This document shows, piece after piece, positions 11,906-23,929 of a DNA stretch of 64,000 bases. The stretch comes from Eledone cirrhosa (taxonomy: Eukaryota). The position numbers and the translations under genes were made by a program. The DNA lies in contig OZ024743.1 in NCBI GenBank assembly GCA_964016885.1, forward strand, positions 228,036,001 through 228,100,000, written 5' to 3'. Position 1 is the stretch's first letter, and each line of letters opens with the position of its first letter. Below the pieces are notes generated by a model. That model saw only the letters and a list, made by a program, of their open reading frames with translations, searched no databases and was not told the origin of the DNA.

Positions 11906-12699
11906 TATGTTATTCTAGTAATGGTGCTTGTATTGTTGTTGAGCCCCAGGTGAATCCTGTTCAATCAGTCACACTTGATAAAGTCTTCCAGCCCTGAACA
12001 TTTCGTCTTATTACAGATATTCTCTATGATTACATTATCCAATGTGTTCTTTCTCAATGTATGACGACAGTATCATTTGAGGGAGATGTAAATACACTGA
12101 TGGTGGTGGTATTGGTGCCAGTAGTATAATGGTGACGTGAATGCCTATTCCACACAGAGGACATTGACCATTTTGTTAGTAATTATTCTCTTTCTGTGTT
12201 TTTTATTGTTTTTACTTTTTATCGTTATTATTTGTTTTAAATGTGAGACACACACACACACATACACACACACACCTTGATTTTCGTTTACAACCTTCAG
12301 CACTATCAATGACTCATACTAATTTCAACAGAGTTGTGCGTAAATATTTTGAATCACCACCACCACTACCTTTTTCCGCAGAGGGAGAGAGACACGGTGA
12401 GAGATAGAAAACAAGAGTGAGATGGTGAGAAAAAGGGAAGACATGATACAGTGAGCTATTGCAAAAGGAGAAACCTTATACGCAATATGAGGGTGGCGAC
12501 TGTGTATAAAGAGAAATTCAAAAAGGATGGGAGGAAATACGCCTTGCACATTTGCACATCGAAAGAGAAATATAGAGTTCGTGCATCTATCTGCGCATGC
12601 GTCAGTCAAGAGACACGTATAGCCTATCACACACACACACATTATATATATATATATAATGTGTGTGTGTGTGTGTGATAGGCTATACGTGTCTTCAAG

Positions 12700-12882
12700 G
12701 GCGGTGGATTGGCAGTATCGGTAGAGGGTCGGACGCCATGCTTTCCAGCATAGTTACGTCCCTTTACGATCTGAGTTCAAATCCCGCCGAGGTTGACTTT
12801 GCCTTTCATCCTTACGGGGTCGATAAAATAAAGTACCAGTAATGCACTGGGTAATTGCTGGCCTTGTGCCTAAAGTAGAAAC

Positions 12883-12887
<5 letters not shown>
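12700..12887 (+). mobile_element. tRNA-derived SINE family A, full-length reference copy
   Basis: A-box tggcagtatcgg, B-box gagttcaaatccc, core gcctttcatccttacggggtcgataaaataaagtacca, tail gccttgtgcctaaagtagaaacaatta. Confidence 0.92.
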
Positions 12888-12924
<37 letters not shown>

Positions 12925-12927
<3 letters not shown>

Positions 12928-13318
12928 GAAAAATTGAACAGGGACAGAACAGAGAGGCAGTACGATAAATGTTTATTAAATTCACGCTCAGGAGAGTGGG
13001 GGGTAGGTGGGGGACGACGTTTCGGGCATAAGCCCTTCTTCAGGTGAGAAGTGTGTTGGAACAGAGTTCAAAAGGTGTGTAGGGGAGTGGTGGAGAGACA
13101 TATATATACTGGGTGTACCTAAAAATATATACACTCCTCAACAGCATTCTAATCAAATTGTGTATATATAAGCCGTTATGTCCACCCTTTTCCTGTCTTT
13201 ATTGGCTATCTACGATATAAATGATTTTATTCAATATAGGCATTGTGCAGTTTTTCAAGCAAAGTAGATCTCGAATTTCAAACATTCCCAGTTTTCGTGA
13301 AAAAGTATTTATCGGTTT
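12925..13318 (-). mobile_element. (TA)n-flanked Penelope-like terminal fragment
   Basis: Contains an intact hammerhead core and downstream AAUAAA (plus-strand tttatt 12972-12977); TA tracts on both sides. Confidence 0.7.
13014..13045 (-). ncRNA. Minimal type I hammerhead ribozyme core
   Basis: Minus strand: ac CUGAAGA A GGGC uuau GCCC GAAA CGUC | gu; core intact, palindromic ACGU stem III, helix I only 2 bp. Confidence 0.72.
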
Positions 13319-13340
13319 ATATATATATATATATATATAT

Positions 13341-13432
13341 GTGTGTGGTGTGGTGTGGTGTGGTATGGTGTGGTGTGGTGTGGTATGGTGTAGTGTGGTG
13401 TGGTATGGTGTAGTGTGGTGTGGTGGTGTGTG
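13341..13432. repeat. (GTGTG/GTGGT)n pentanucleotide repeat
   Basis: Direct inspection. Confidence 0.9.
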
Positions 13433-13584
13433 TACTAACGAAAGAAAATAGCTATGAGCACGTAAGGTGAAAATTGAGAATATTTACTTTAAATGTTAGA
13501 CTTATCTATGCATTACCAAATGGTTTTGTGGCCGTAAATAGTCCAACCTTTTCAGATGCTTTTCAATACGTCTCTCTCTCTCTG

Positions 13585-13643
<59 letters not shown>

Positions 13644-14428
13644 GAGTGTGTTGTGAAAGAACACAAATAGTAAATTGAGGTGGGGGATAAGGTAGAATCT
13701 CGGTTCAACATCGTCCACCTTAAAGTTAAGATCATGAAAGGTGGCAATATTATCTCAAACCAAGAATCACTGTTTCAAGTGGAATGGAGACGGGGTGGAT
13801 TCTGGAGAGTATAGAAACCAATATATAATTCAGTGTGATGAAAACATTGAGCGAATAATCTGTATTATTTATTATCATTACTATATCCCTTTCTTAATAA
13901 GGAAAGATGTGCAAATATAGAAACGGAATAAGTGAAAATTAACAACTAGTCGAGACGCAGCTATATATATATTTATTTATTTATATATTGCTACGTCTGG
14001 ACTATATATATATATGTGTGTGTGTGTGTGCATGATATATGGTTTGGTGTATTTCGGAAATTTAATTAATAAGCCGTCATGTGGTTTTTACTTTTATGGC
14101 TGATAACATTGAAGCATTCAGGTATTGTATCAAATACTAATTTTCGTTTGGTCGTTGACATGTCAACAAGTAGATTTCAGAGTGCTTTGCAAGTTGCAAG
14201 TCGCTATATCGCTAATTTCCTATTTATTGATTTCTGATCGATAGAAGAAGACGTACGGCCGAGCGTAGCTTTTACAATCAGCGTTAATTAGCTTGTATAC
14301 TTAAACTAGGACAAAAACCACCTGACTGACTGACTTGTTGAAATTTCAAGCAATACTGAATGAAAAGCTGGCGAATTAAATGAGTAAGCAGTGTAATTTC
14401 CGGTAGGTTCTCAAGTAGTAAAATATCC

Positions 14429-14491
14429 TCTCTCAGCCACCAACACCACACTTTACACATTTCTCTCAGCCTCTAACACCACACTTTACAC
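14429..14491. repeat. 33-bp tandem duplication
   Basis: tctctcagcc(acc/tct)aacaccacactttacac twice. Confidence 0.85.
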
Positions 14492-15819
14492 TTGGTGCTA
14501 CACTGCTATAGAATATAGGAAACAATCTTGTCGGAGACCGGAACTTAAGCCAAGTGAAGGCCCGATTTTATAAGAGAGGGGAGTGAGAGGGAAAGAGAGA
14601 AAATGTGTTTTAGCAAAAATCCACACCCACCGGTGAAACAAAGCCTTGGAGCTGCAATTTTGTGGGAGCTCAAAAGACAACATGACTTAAACAGAAAGTG
14701 GTAATATTAATGCCTGGTACTCTAAAGCTTCTGCCAAACCACAGTCTTTAACAAAGCTTTAATGATAAGCTCACTGTCACAGACCTTTCTATGTTGCTTG
14801 AATGAGGACATCAGTGGTGGACAGTTTGATATCAACGACAACTTTGAATGAAAACAATTAATTTCCAGCATACAAAGGATGACACATACCATATCAAACA
14901 TTTAGCAAGGCAACATATCAAACATTTACATATAACAACGAGGACATTAGTAAACATAATATCAGAGGTATGGTAGAATATATACAATTTTTCCTTACAC
15001 AACACCACCCATCAAATCTAAACTAGCCATAAACACACTACACAAAATACGATTACCCAATGAAAATATGGTTGCTATACTTGTACTAAAACGACAAAAT
15101 TCATCATCCTCAATATCTGATTTCTATTAAAACTACCAGACAAATTAGTACAATATATTCTGTAGTGCACTGAATACTTAATCATATTAACAGAAACCCT
15201 TCGCACCAGATATACACGTACATGAATATATATATACACACACACAAATACATACACATCACACACACAAACAAACACATACACGCATATATATATATAT
15301 AATTCTTGGGGGTTAAGCAGCCTTATTAGATGATGAGTATGAGAACAATGTCAGCTCTTATTTTGGCATATAATGTCAAAGCAATTAGGATTCATTTTCA
15401 GGATGCGAAATAGGCAGAGGAGGAGAGAGACGGAATGGGAAATATTTCATCTCCCATCTCCTTTAAAGTTAAATGTTTCAGATTTCAAGATGTCCACAGA
15501 CCCATCTAAGTTTTTGGTCAGTGACCATCTATTTACCATTTGAATTCTTGCGTCAGTCAAAACAAAATATTACTTTGGTCTGTTCAATAGCATCGTTGCT
15601 AAATTGCTGTATGTTTGCTGTTTCTCTCTACATCCCCTCGTTCTCTAAATTTCTATATTCCATCAGGAATTCCTCTCACACAGTCTCCGTCCGTGACAGA
15701 TGAGATATGTCCCATCCCTCCTATCTCTCGACACACAGCAAGAATCCCAAGATATGGCTGGAGGTTCGGGTAAAAAATATATGTAGAAAGTCAAAACACA
15801 AACAGTATTTGAAGAGATA

Positions 15820-15866
15820 GGGAAATGTAGAGTGAAGGAGGGGGAAATGTAGAGTGAAGGAGGGGG
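15820..15866. repeat. 22-bp tandem duplication
   Basis: gggaaatgtagagtgaaggagg twice. Confidence 0.85.
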
Positions 15867-16214
15867 AAGAGAGGGAGACTCGTTGACTGCAAGCGTTGAT
15901 TTTCTCTTTATATTATCTTAAGATACACCAGACTAAATAGAGCATACGTCACTGTGTAATTGAGTCAAATGAAAGAACAGATGAAACTGAAACGTTTTCG
16001 TAGACTGTGTATATATATACACATACATCACTCTCTCACCACCCAAAAACTTATTTATCTGGATAATATAAAGCTTTATTTAACAACGCACAAACACACA
16101 CACCTATAAATATATATATGTATATATATATATATATATACACAATTAGATTACACGGACACACCGTTCACAGAAAACGATTACTATACCTATATATATA
16201 TATATATATATATA

Positions 16215-16400
16215 TGGTTGAATAGTATGCTTTCAATGAATGGAAATGAACCAAAACCGCAATTAAAGTAACGTACTCAATACATCAATTGGAGTGGTAA
16301 CTTTTAAGGACTAGATCTGTTTCATTCTATGACACTTTCCTTCCCGACCAATTTAAGGACGCCAATTTATCAAAGAATGTTGATAAATAGATAAAATAAA
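16215..16400 (-). mobile_element. Penelope-like fragment, decayed hammerhead 3' half
   Basis: gtactcaatac motif 16273-16283; minus 16323-16309 GAAAC-AGAUCU-AGUC with palindromic loop; abuts (TA)n. Confidence 0.45.
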
Positions 16401-16708
16401 CACACTAGAATTGAATCTTACAGTGGAAATGTTTCAGAAACATTGTTTGTTTGGAACAGCTAAGATATAATATGAAAGGTATTGGATACAAACTGAAAAG
16501 AAGGAAACAATGTCATGATACCCAAGACCACTGGATATGGTCCACTATCTTGACTAAACCAGGAATTAAGATCTACCCCGAGGGAGGACAATATAAAATA
16601 ATAATAATGGAAAAACACAATCTAAAAATAAATATAAAAATCTCATTAGAAACAAAACATTGAATATTAAAATATTGACTGAAACAGCAAACACATTAAT
16701 GATTAAAC

Positions 16709-16793
16709 ATAATTGTTTCTACTTTTGACACAAGGCCAGCAATTAACCAGTGTATTACTGGTACTTTATTTTATCGACCCTGTAAGGATGAAA
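16709..16793 (-). mobile_element. SINE family A, 5'-truncated
   Basis: Tail and core only. Confidence 0.85.
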
Positions 16794-17009
16794 CATGAAG
16801 TTGCGTGTTTATGTATGTATGTGAGTGACTGTATATGTGTGAGAGTCTATTTGTGTTACTGAATGCTAGCGGAGAAAAAGACATTATTCATGTAGTCATC
16901 ATCATCATCCTCATCACTAAAACAACTTTCGTTACCAATCCATATCAGCAGGATCAGCAGCAGCAGTAGTAGTAGTAATAGTAGCAGTAGTAGTAACACC
17001 ACAAATGTT

Positions 17010-17232
17010 TCAGTTCGTGAAATTAAAATGCAAGTATAAAAAGCATTCCTCAAAACACGTATGCTATTAACGTAGTTCTCAGGGAGCTTCATGTAATTAG
17101 GGCAGATCATTTTTGTCAGTTAATGAATTGAAATAAAATGTCTTGTCCAAGGACAAATCACACCGTCAGAAATCGAACTCACGACTATATGATCGGGAGT
17201 CAAACGCTCTAAACAGTAAGTCATACGCCCTC
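17010..17232 (-). mobile_element. SINE family B, diverged
   Basis: ttaacgtagttctcagggag, tgaaataaaatgtcttg, aatcgaactc. Confidence 0.7.
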
Positions 17233-17882
17233 ACTGTTCAATAAATATATCACAAAACGTTACGCCATTTTCCTTACTAACCAGCTGGAGAAAAAAAGTC
17301 TTTACAAAGAGGAGGTGATAGGAATGGTGGGAGAATGGACAGTACTACTACAACTATTTAATAATAATAAAATGCTTTGAAACATCACCAGTAATTTATA
17401 TTTTTTCACCATAGTACTTAACTGCCATTTTATTCTAAATCCTAACCCCAACGCTCCTGCTACCCCCACCTGAATTGCAAACTTAATTTCGGTGGGGTTT
17501 GAAACCGAAATGTACAGAACTGATGCAAATACCGCAAAAGATTTTCGCCTAGCACTCTACGGATTCTGCCAAATAACAACAACAACGACTACGACATCAT
17601 AGAAAAAGGGGGAAAATGAGAGAAAAAGCTAACGAATTAAAAAAGAAAATGGAAATGTATAAAGAAAAGAGAGGTGTAAAAACATACATGTGTTAACAAG
17701 GAAAATCAAAGAGAACATGGCGTGCTTGTTGTCAGAAGTACTATGAGAGAGGTAGTAGGGTGAACAACGAATTAAGTGCAGTTGCTTTATTTATTACCAG
17801 TTGACGACTTGCAGTTAAAGGCTTGCAAGAACTGTGCGAGTGAAGAATGAGAGGAGGGGTATAATGGAGCTGATCTGACGAG

Positions 17883-17943
<61 letters not shown>

Positions 17944-18715
17944 CGTTAAACTAATGTATTTCTACATCGTACTGTTGTTTCCGTTTAATTTTTACACACA
18001 CACACACACACATACATACACATATATATATATATATAGGTTGGTTGGTTGGTTGGTTGGTGTTGCTCCACACTCCCTCCCCACCTACCGCACACACTAT
18101 CTTTCTCTGTAGCTCCTCTTCTAGCAGTGTTGTATGGTTGAACAATTAAATCAACAACTGCAATAAATTTGTTTCTACTAATCGTACTACATGCTGTTCA
18201 CATCAGGACTACAAAACTCAAATAGTAGCCAGGGGCCAGCGAGTTAAATACATTATTGACATTAATTAACTATTGTGTGTGTTTATGTATGGCTGTTTGT
18301 GTATTTGTACAAATGTGTCGATGCATTTGAGTTAATGTGTGCATAAGACCCATCTACATACACATGCACGCATAAATGCGAGTGTGTGCGCGTGAGTGTC
18401 TGTTAATATGTGGACGAAAACTCCTCCCAAAACTAAATAAATAAATGCGTTGTGTGTGTATATGCGTATTTGTGTATTTGTGCGTTTGTGTGTGTATGGA
18501 CGAAAACTGCTGAAACCTAAATACATGTGCACATGTGTATGAAGTGAGAGTTTTCACAATTATCTTTGAACACTTTGCTACGAAGGCTCTTTATTTTAGA
18601 TAAATGGTCTTTCCAAAATAAAATCTAACAAATAAAGAGATAGATGGGTGGATGTTTAAAAACCTTCAGAATTTAAAAAGGTTCTTTGAAACATCCTCGT
18701 TGAAATTCTGAGAAG

Positions 18716-18751
18716 CAAGATGGCGGCGTTCGCTATGTAGCGTGATGACGT
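18716..18751 (+). promoter_or_regulatory. YY1 consensus site and CRE half-site in a CpG-rich patch
   Basis: CAAGATGGCGGC at 18716-18727; TGACGT at 18746-18751. Confidence 0.35.
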
Positions 18752-18853
18752 TGTGAGCGGCAGCAAACAGAGATGTAGGGAGAGTGTTAGAGGGAGAAAG
18801 AGGCGAAGTATTACTTGTAAACTACTTACGAATCATGTAAAATGATACACACA

Positions 18854-18886
<33 letters not shown>

Positions 18887-18918
18887 CTTATTTTACTAAT
18901 TTTTTTTTTTTGCAATAG

Positions 18919-18928
18919 ATTTGTGCAG
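18919..18928 (+). other. Candidate 10-nt microexon ATTTGTGCAG
   Basis: Branch point TACTAAT 18894-18900, T11, TGC, AATAG acceptor, CAG|GTAAAT donor. Confidence 0.3.
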
Positions 18929-20386
18929 GTAAATTCTCTGATTTCCAAATTACATGGTAGAATATACCAAAAATGTGAGGAACTGTAAAGAACTAAGACA
19001 TCAGAGTAAAACAGTAGAAACAAAACAACAAATAGCTATAAAATAGCGCTGTGGTGTACACACAGACACACATATGTGTCTGTGTGTGTATCAAACGAGA
19101 GAGAGTGGTGGGTGAAGGAGAGAAAATAAAAGAAGAATTTTAGAGAGAGAGAGAGGTCGATAGGCAAAGAAGAAGAAATCCTAAGAGATAAAGGAGGAGT
19201 GTATATATTAGATAAAGATGAGATTAGGAAAGAGAGGGAGTTCATGATTTTTTTACTTTCAGATAAAACGTGACATATATGGCGGCAGATGAAGATGGCG
19301 CTGCAATGAAAATGAAAACTAAACTTCTATTAGTTGTTGTTGCTGTTTTATTATTATTATTAGTATTTACTTTTGTAATGAGCCTATTGGATTCAATATC
19401 GATATATTTAGATCAACATACACACATACCGTTTCTAAGTGAGGTTAATGGTTGTGATATGAAGTGAAGGATATGTATGTATGTATGTATATAAAAACTA
19501 TATGTGGGATTCAGATCAGGAGCTCGGGTTTACACATAAATCGGAGCAGCTGGGAGAAATACGCGTCATTACATACATATCAAGTAGAAATCATGCACAT
19601 AGAAAGGACAACACACAGAGCCTGGTGAAGACAACGGTGAGTGAGGCGAAGAGAATTGGGAGTTAACTCTCTAATGTCTGCAAACAATAACAGCAAGTGT
19701 AACGAGAAAAATCTTTGGGTCCTGATAGAGTCGTGAAAACATCGTAATGACATACATATCTTGGGCATTTAAACTTGACGCAGAACATCCTTCTCCAAGC
19801 CTGAATACAGCTGATCTGTTGTTGTTCTTGGATAGATAGAGAATCTAACCCAGTGGGGAACTGGTATTTTGTATCGACCCGGAAAGTATAACAGGCATAG
19901 TTGTTTTCAGCCGATTTAGAACTGAGACAGTCGGGAAGAATACCGCAAAGCAATCTATCCGACGTACTAATGACTGCTTCTTCGCCGCCTTTTTATAAAA
20001 CAACACGGTCTAAATATGATAATGGCGGGCAGAAAAAAAAGAGAGGCTAGGAGGGAATTAAGTTTGCAACGGATATAACAAACTATAACAATAACATCAT
20101 CAATTACAAAAGCGCTAAAAGTAATGAAAGAAATAGGCAGTTAAAATATGCATTTATTTTTTACAGATACGATGATAGCTCTGAACCAGGTTAATGGTAT
20201 GTCAACATATAACCGTAGCCGACATCTGTTCAAATATGACGCTTTTTTTGTTTTTGTTTTAGCCCTAGCTATGTTCTTATAATGACTCTACACCTACTGT
20301 CATCTTATATAATGAGCTTACCCTGCCCATAAAACTCCACTAAGCTGCCTAAACAAGTCATAACAACGACACGGTCTCGATATTCC

Positions 20387-20727
20387 GTATTGTGGGTTAT
20401 TTCGCTTTGTAAAAGATGTTGCGTTCACAATCGTGTGGGCGTAACCTCCATTCCTGGACTGGGTGACGCGTTGTGTCCTTAAGGAAGACACTTTATTTAA
20501 CGTTGCTCCAGTTCAGTCAAATGGGAAAAAATTAGTTGCGATGACACTGGTGACAAGTATTGTGAGTTATTTCGCTTTGTAAAAGATGTTGCGTTCACAA
20601 TCGTGTGGGCGTAACCTCCATTCCTGGACTGGGTGACGCGTTGTGTCCTTAAGGAAGACACTTTATTTAACGTTGCTCCAGTTCAGTCAAATGGGAAAAA
20701 ATTAGTTGCGATGACACTGGTGACAAG
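20387..20727. repeat. 170-bp tandem duplication containing a family B SINE head
   Basis: Units start at 20387 and 20557; one mismatch seen (tgtggg/tgtgag). Confidence 0.92.
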
Positions 20728-21214
20728 CTTTATCATATCAGACATTGCCTTTCCAGGTGTCAACTCATGGTAGTCATTACTGAAAAGATCCTTAGAAAAC
20801 GTATTTCGTTTGAAGTAATCAATGTAAAAAAAAAGGCTATTGAACAAAAATAAAAGGGTGGGGGTGGGGTGACGAGCCGATCAACAAATTGGACTTTGGA
20901 AACTGTTTCCATTGATTGTTCCATTTGTGATTGAAAAATGTGTGAATATCATCACACAAGCCACCCCTAGATGAGAAAATCATCTTTATAACGATTTTAT
21001 ATGTCTCTCTTACAAAGTTTTTACGTTTTTGTTTCTTTTCCTCGAGGAGTAATAGTCTATAGAGACGTGTGAGTGTGTGTGTATGCACATATTTGTGTGC
21101 GTACGTACCCCTGAATGCTTATATATATACGAGGAACACAAAAATGTGAGATAAAAGAAAAAAGAAGCTCTTTAATTCTCTCAACTACACCCTAACATCT
21201 CTCTCTCTCCCTTA

Positions 21215-21249
<35 letters not shown>

Positions 21250-21452
21250 TCACTCTGGCTTTGTATGCTGCAGCAGCTATTTAAACTGTGTATGGTTAGA
21301 GGTGTTTGCACCAAGGAAGCTCGTCTTATGACATGCCAAGCAACCAAAATATGATGAGATGGGTTTTTTTTTAAACTTTCGGTTCGTTCTCTCCGATCAA
21401 ATAACTAACGTGACAAGAAAAAAAAATGAAAAGAATAAAATAACCAATAAAT

Positions 21453-21605
<153 letters not shown>

Positions 21606-22338
21606 TAAAACACAAAAATAAGTGGGTTGGTGGGGTGAATTTTATTTATTGCTCTTTCTTTTCCACCTCATCCACACGTCATTGCCACCACCATCACTAT
21701 CACCGTCAACATCACCGCTACATCTCTGACAACATCTAGCTAGCAACTCCCAGAAATATTTTGCTCGGCTAATTCTTACCAAGACAATCTCGGGTCGTTA
21801 AGCAAAAAACCTTTAGCGAAGAGGAATTCTAACTTACTGGCACGGAAGATTTCTTCCAAAGAAACCCATTAGCAGGGTATGAAGTAAGAAAGCTTACTGA
21901 ACTAAAAAGTTTGGCAAACACACACGCCACACCACACCATGCCAAACTATGACATGCCGTACCGTACGTTCTCTCACTCACACAAAAAATGTATATATAG
22001 AGAGAGAAATGTATATGTGTGTGAGAGTGTATGTACGTGTTTATGTATGCTTAAAGAAAAGAAATAAAAGTAAGTAAATAAATAAACTAATAACGGTATG
22101 TAAAAAGATGTCATCCAAGCATCCAACCAGTTGTTTGCTATGAAAGATGGTCAACCCTGATTTGCAACGGTCCGAAACCTGATTTTGGGTGGCTATGTAG
22201 TTCAGGAGATGAAAGGCATATGACATACAACAAGCAGCATAAAAAGGAACGAATACAAACAAGAAAGTTATTTTATTACGAAAGAAATAAGACAAAGAAT
22301 ACATACATAAATATATATACTATACATACACACAAATA

Positions 22339-22387
<49 letters not shown>

Positions 22388-22962
22388 GCACAAATGAAAC
22401 TACATCGCTTTTTCTTTATATATATATATATACATATATATAAAGAAAAAGCGATGTAGTTTCATTTGTGCGTGTATATAAATATATATATACATATATA
22501 CACACATACATATAAATATGTCAAATTGAAGAAATAAACACACGATCGTGTATGTGTGTGTCCAAGGGAAGGAATGGGATATTACGCTAATAACGTTGTG
22601 GAGTCAATTTGCGTTTTGTATATTTTGCTTCTTTGTTTGTGTATTTGTAATTTGTTGTTTGTTATTAGTTGTTTGTTTTTAGTTGTTTGTTTGTTTGTTT
22701 GTCTTAGCTCTAAACTGATGTTTGGTGCTTAATGATAACCAGTGAATACAGAAAAAGAAGGGAATTTCCTTGTCACATTTGAATTGCTTACAGAACACAA
22801 AATAGTCCTGACTTCAGAACCTACACATATATATTCCCCTCCCTCTCATCACCGGAGATACAGACAACACACCACTGTCCTTTTCGGTAATTCCACACCA
22901 ATGATGAGAGTAATGATAGTGGTGGACCCATTCTGATATCTGGCTGCTTCTCATAATAAATC

Positions 22963-23116
22963 CGCCATGCTTTCTAGCATAGTTACGTCCCTTTACAGTC
23001 TGAGTTCAAATCCCGCCGAGGTTAACTTTGCCTTTCATCCTTACGGGGTCGATAAAATAAAGTACCAGTAATGTACTGGGTAATTGCTGGCCTTGTGCCT
23101 AAAGTAGAAACAATTA
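22963..23116 (+). mobile_element. SINE family A, 5'-truncated
   Basis: Near-identical to the 12700 copy from cgccatgc onward. Confidence 0.9.
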
Positions 23117-23139
23117 CTTTACTACTGGACTGACAATTA

Positions 23140-23306
23140 TAAGGCTGTAGCTCGATTCCTCTACCAGGCGGTGCGGTATTTTCTTGAGCAAGACACTTTA
23201 GTTAACATTACTCTTTATGATAGTACACGGGACCCCTATCATTAAAACACCCCAACAGCCTCCAATGAGATACAAACCGTAGAAGATCAGCTAAACCCTC
23301 ACATGT
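23140..23306 (+). mobile_element. SINE with family B head and alternative 3' module (family E)
   Basis: ctcgattcct..cttgagcaagacacttt then ggacccctatcattaaa..cagctaaacc; same arrangement at 45155-45340. Confidence 0.6.
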
Positions 23307-23383
23307 ATGAACTTTAAATTTCATAATAACCTTTTACTGGTGCAACATCTTATGTTAGAAATTGTTATTATTATAGTAGAGGT

Positions 23384-23562
23384 AGTTTGGCAGCATCGGT
23401 AGAGCGTCAGACACCATGTTTTGCAACATAGAGTTATGGCCCTTTACGTTCTGAGTTCAAATCCGTCTAGGTTAACTTTGCCCTTCATCCTTACGGAGTC
23501 GATAAAATAAAGCACCAATAATGCACTGGGGTAATTGCTGGCCTTGTGCTAAAAGTAACAAC
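23384..23562 (+). mobile_element. SINE family A with 17-bp TSD
   Basis: attattatagtagaggt at 23367-23383 and 23563-23579; followed by an older diverged family A copy (about 23575-23770). Confidence 0.88.
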
Positions 23563-23929
23563 ATTATTATAGTAGAGGTTGGGGAAGAGTATTAAACAAT
23601 TATTCAGTATTTATTGCAGTCCCCTTTTGAATTCTGAGTTCAAATTCCTTCCGAGGTCGATTTTGCATTTCATTCATTACAAACGGGAGGGAGAGAATGA
23701 AGGGTTCGATAGTATAATTAATAGCCAAGTACTGAGTCAAAACAATCAACTACACCTCTGATTTGTTGCTTTGGGTCAATGTAAGTAACCAGGAGATATG
23801 AGCTCATTTATTGATGAATCCACAAGAAAAAAAAAAAAAAAAAAATGCTTACTAATGATTTTGGCGGTCAACGGAAAGTATATAATGTATGGTGGTTGAA
23901 TAAAAACAAGAGGTCATCTGGCTCGACTT

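Noticed and set aside
12700-12790. tRNA gene (A and B boxes present)
   Set aside because: No cloverleaf or poly-T terminator; it is a multi-copy SINE head
19270-19467. 65-aa ORF with a hydrophobic stretch after a ttttactttcag acceptor
   Set aside because: The hydrophobic part comes from (GTT)n/(TTA)n repeats; no recognisable family
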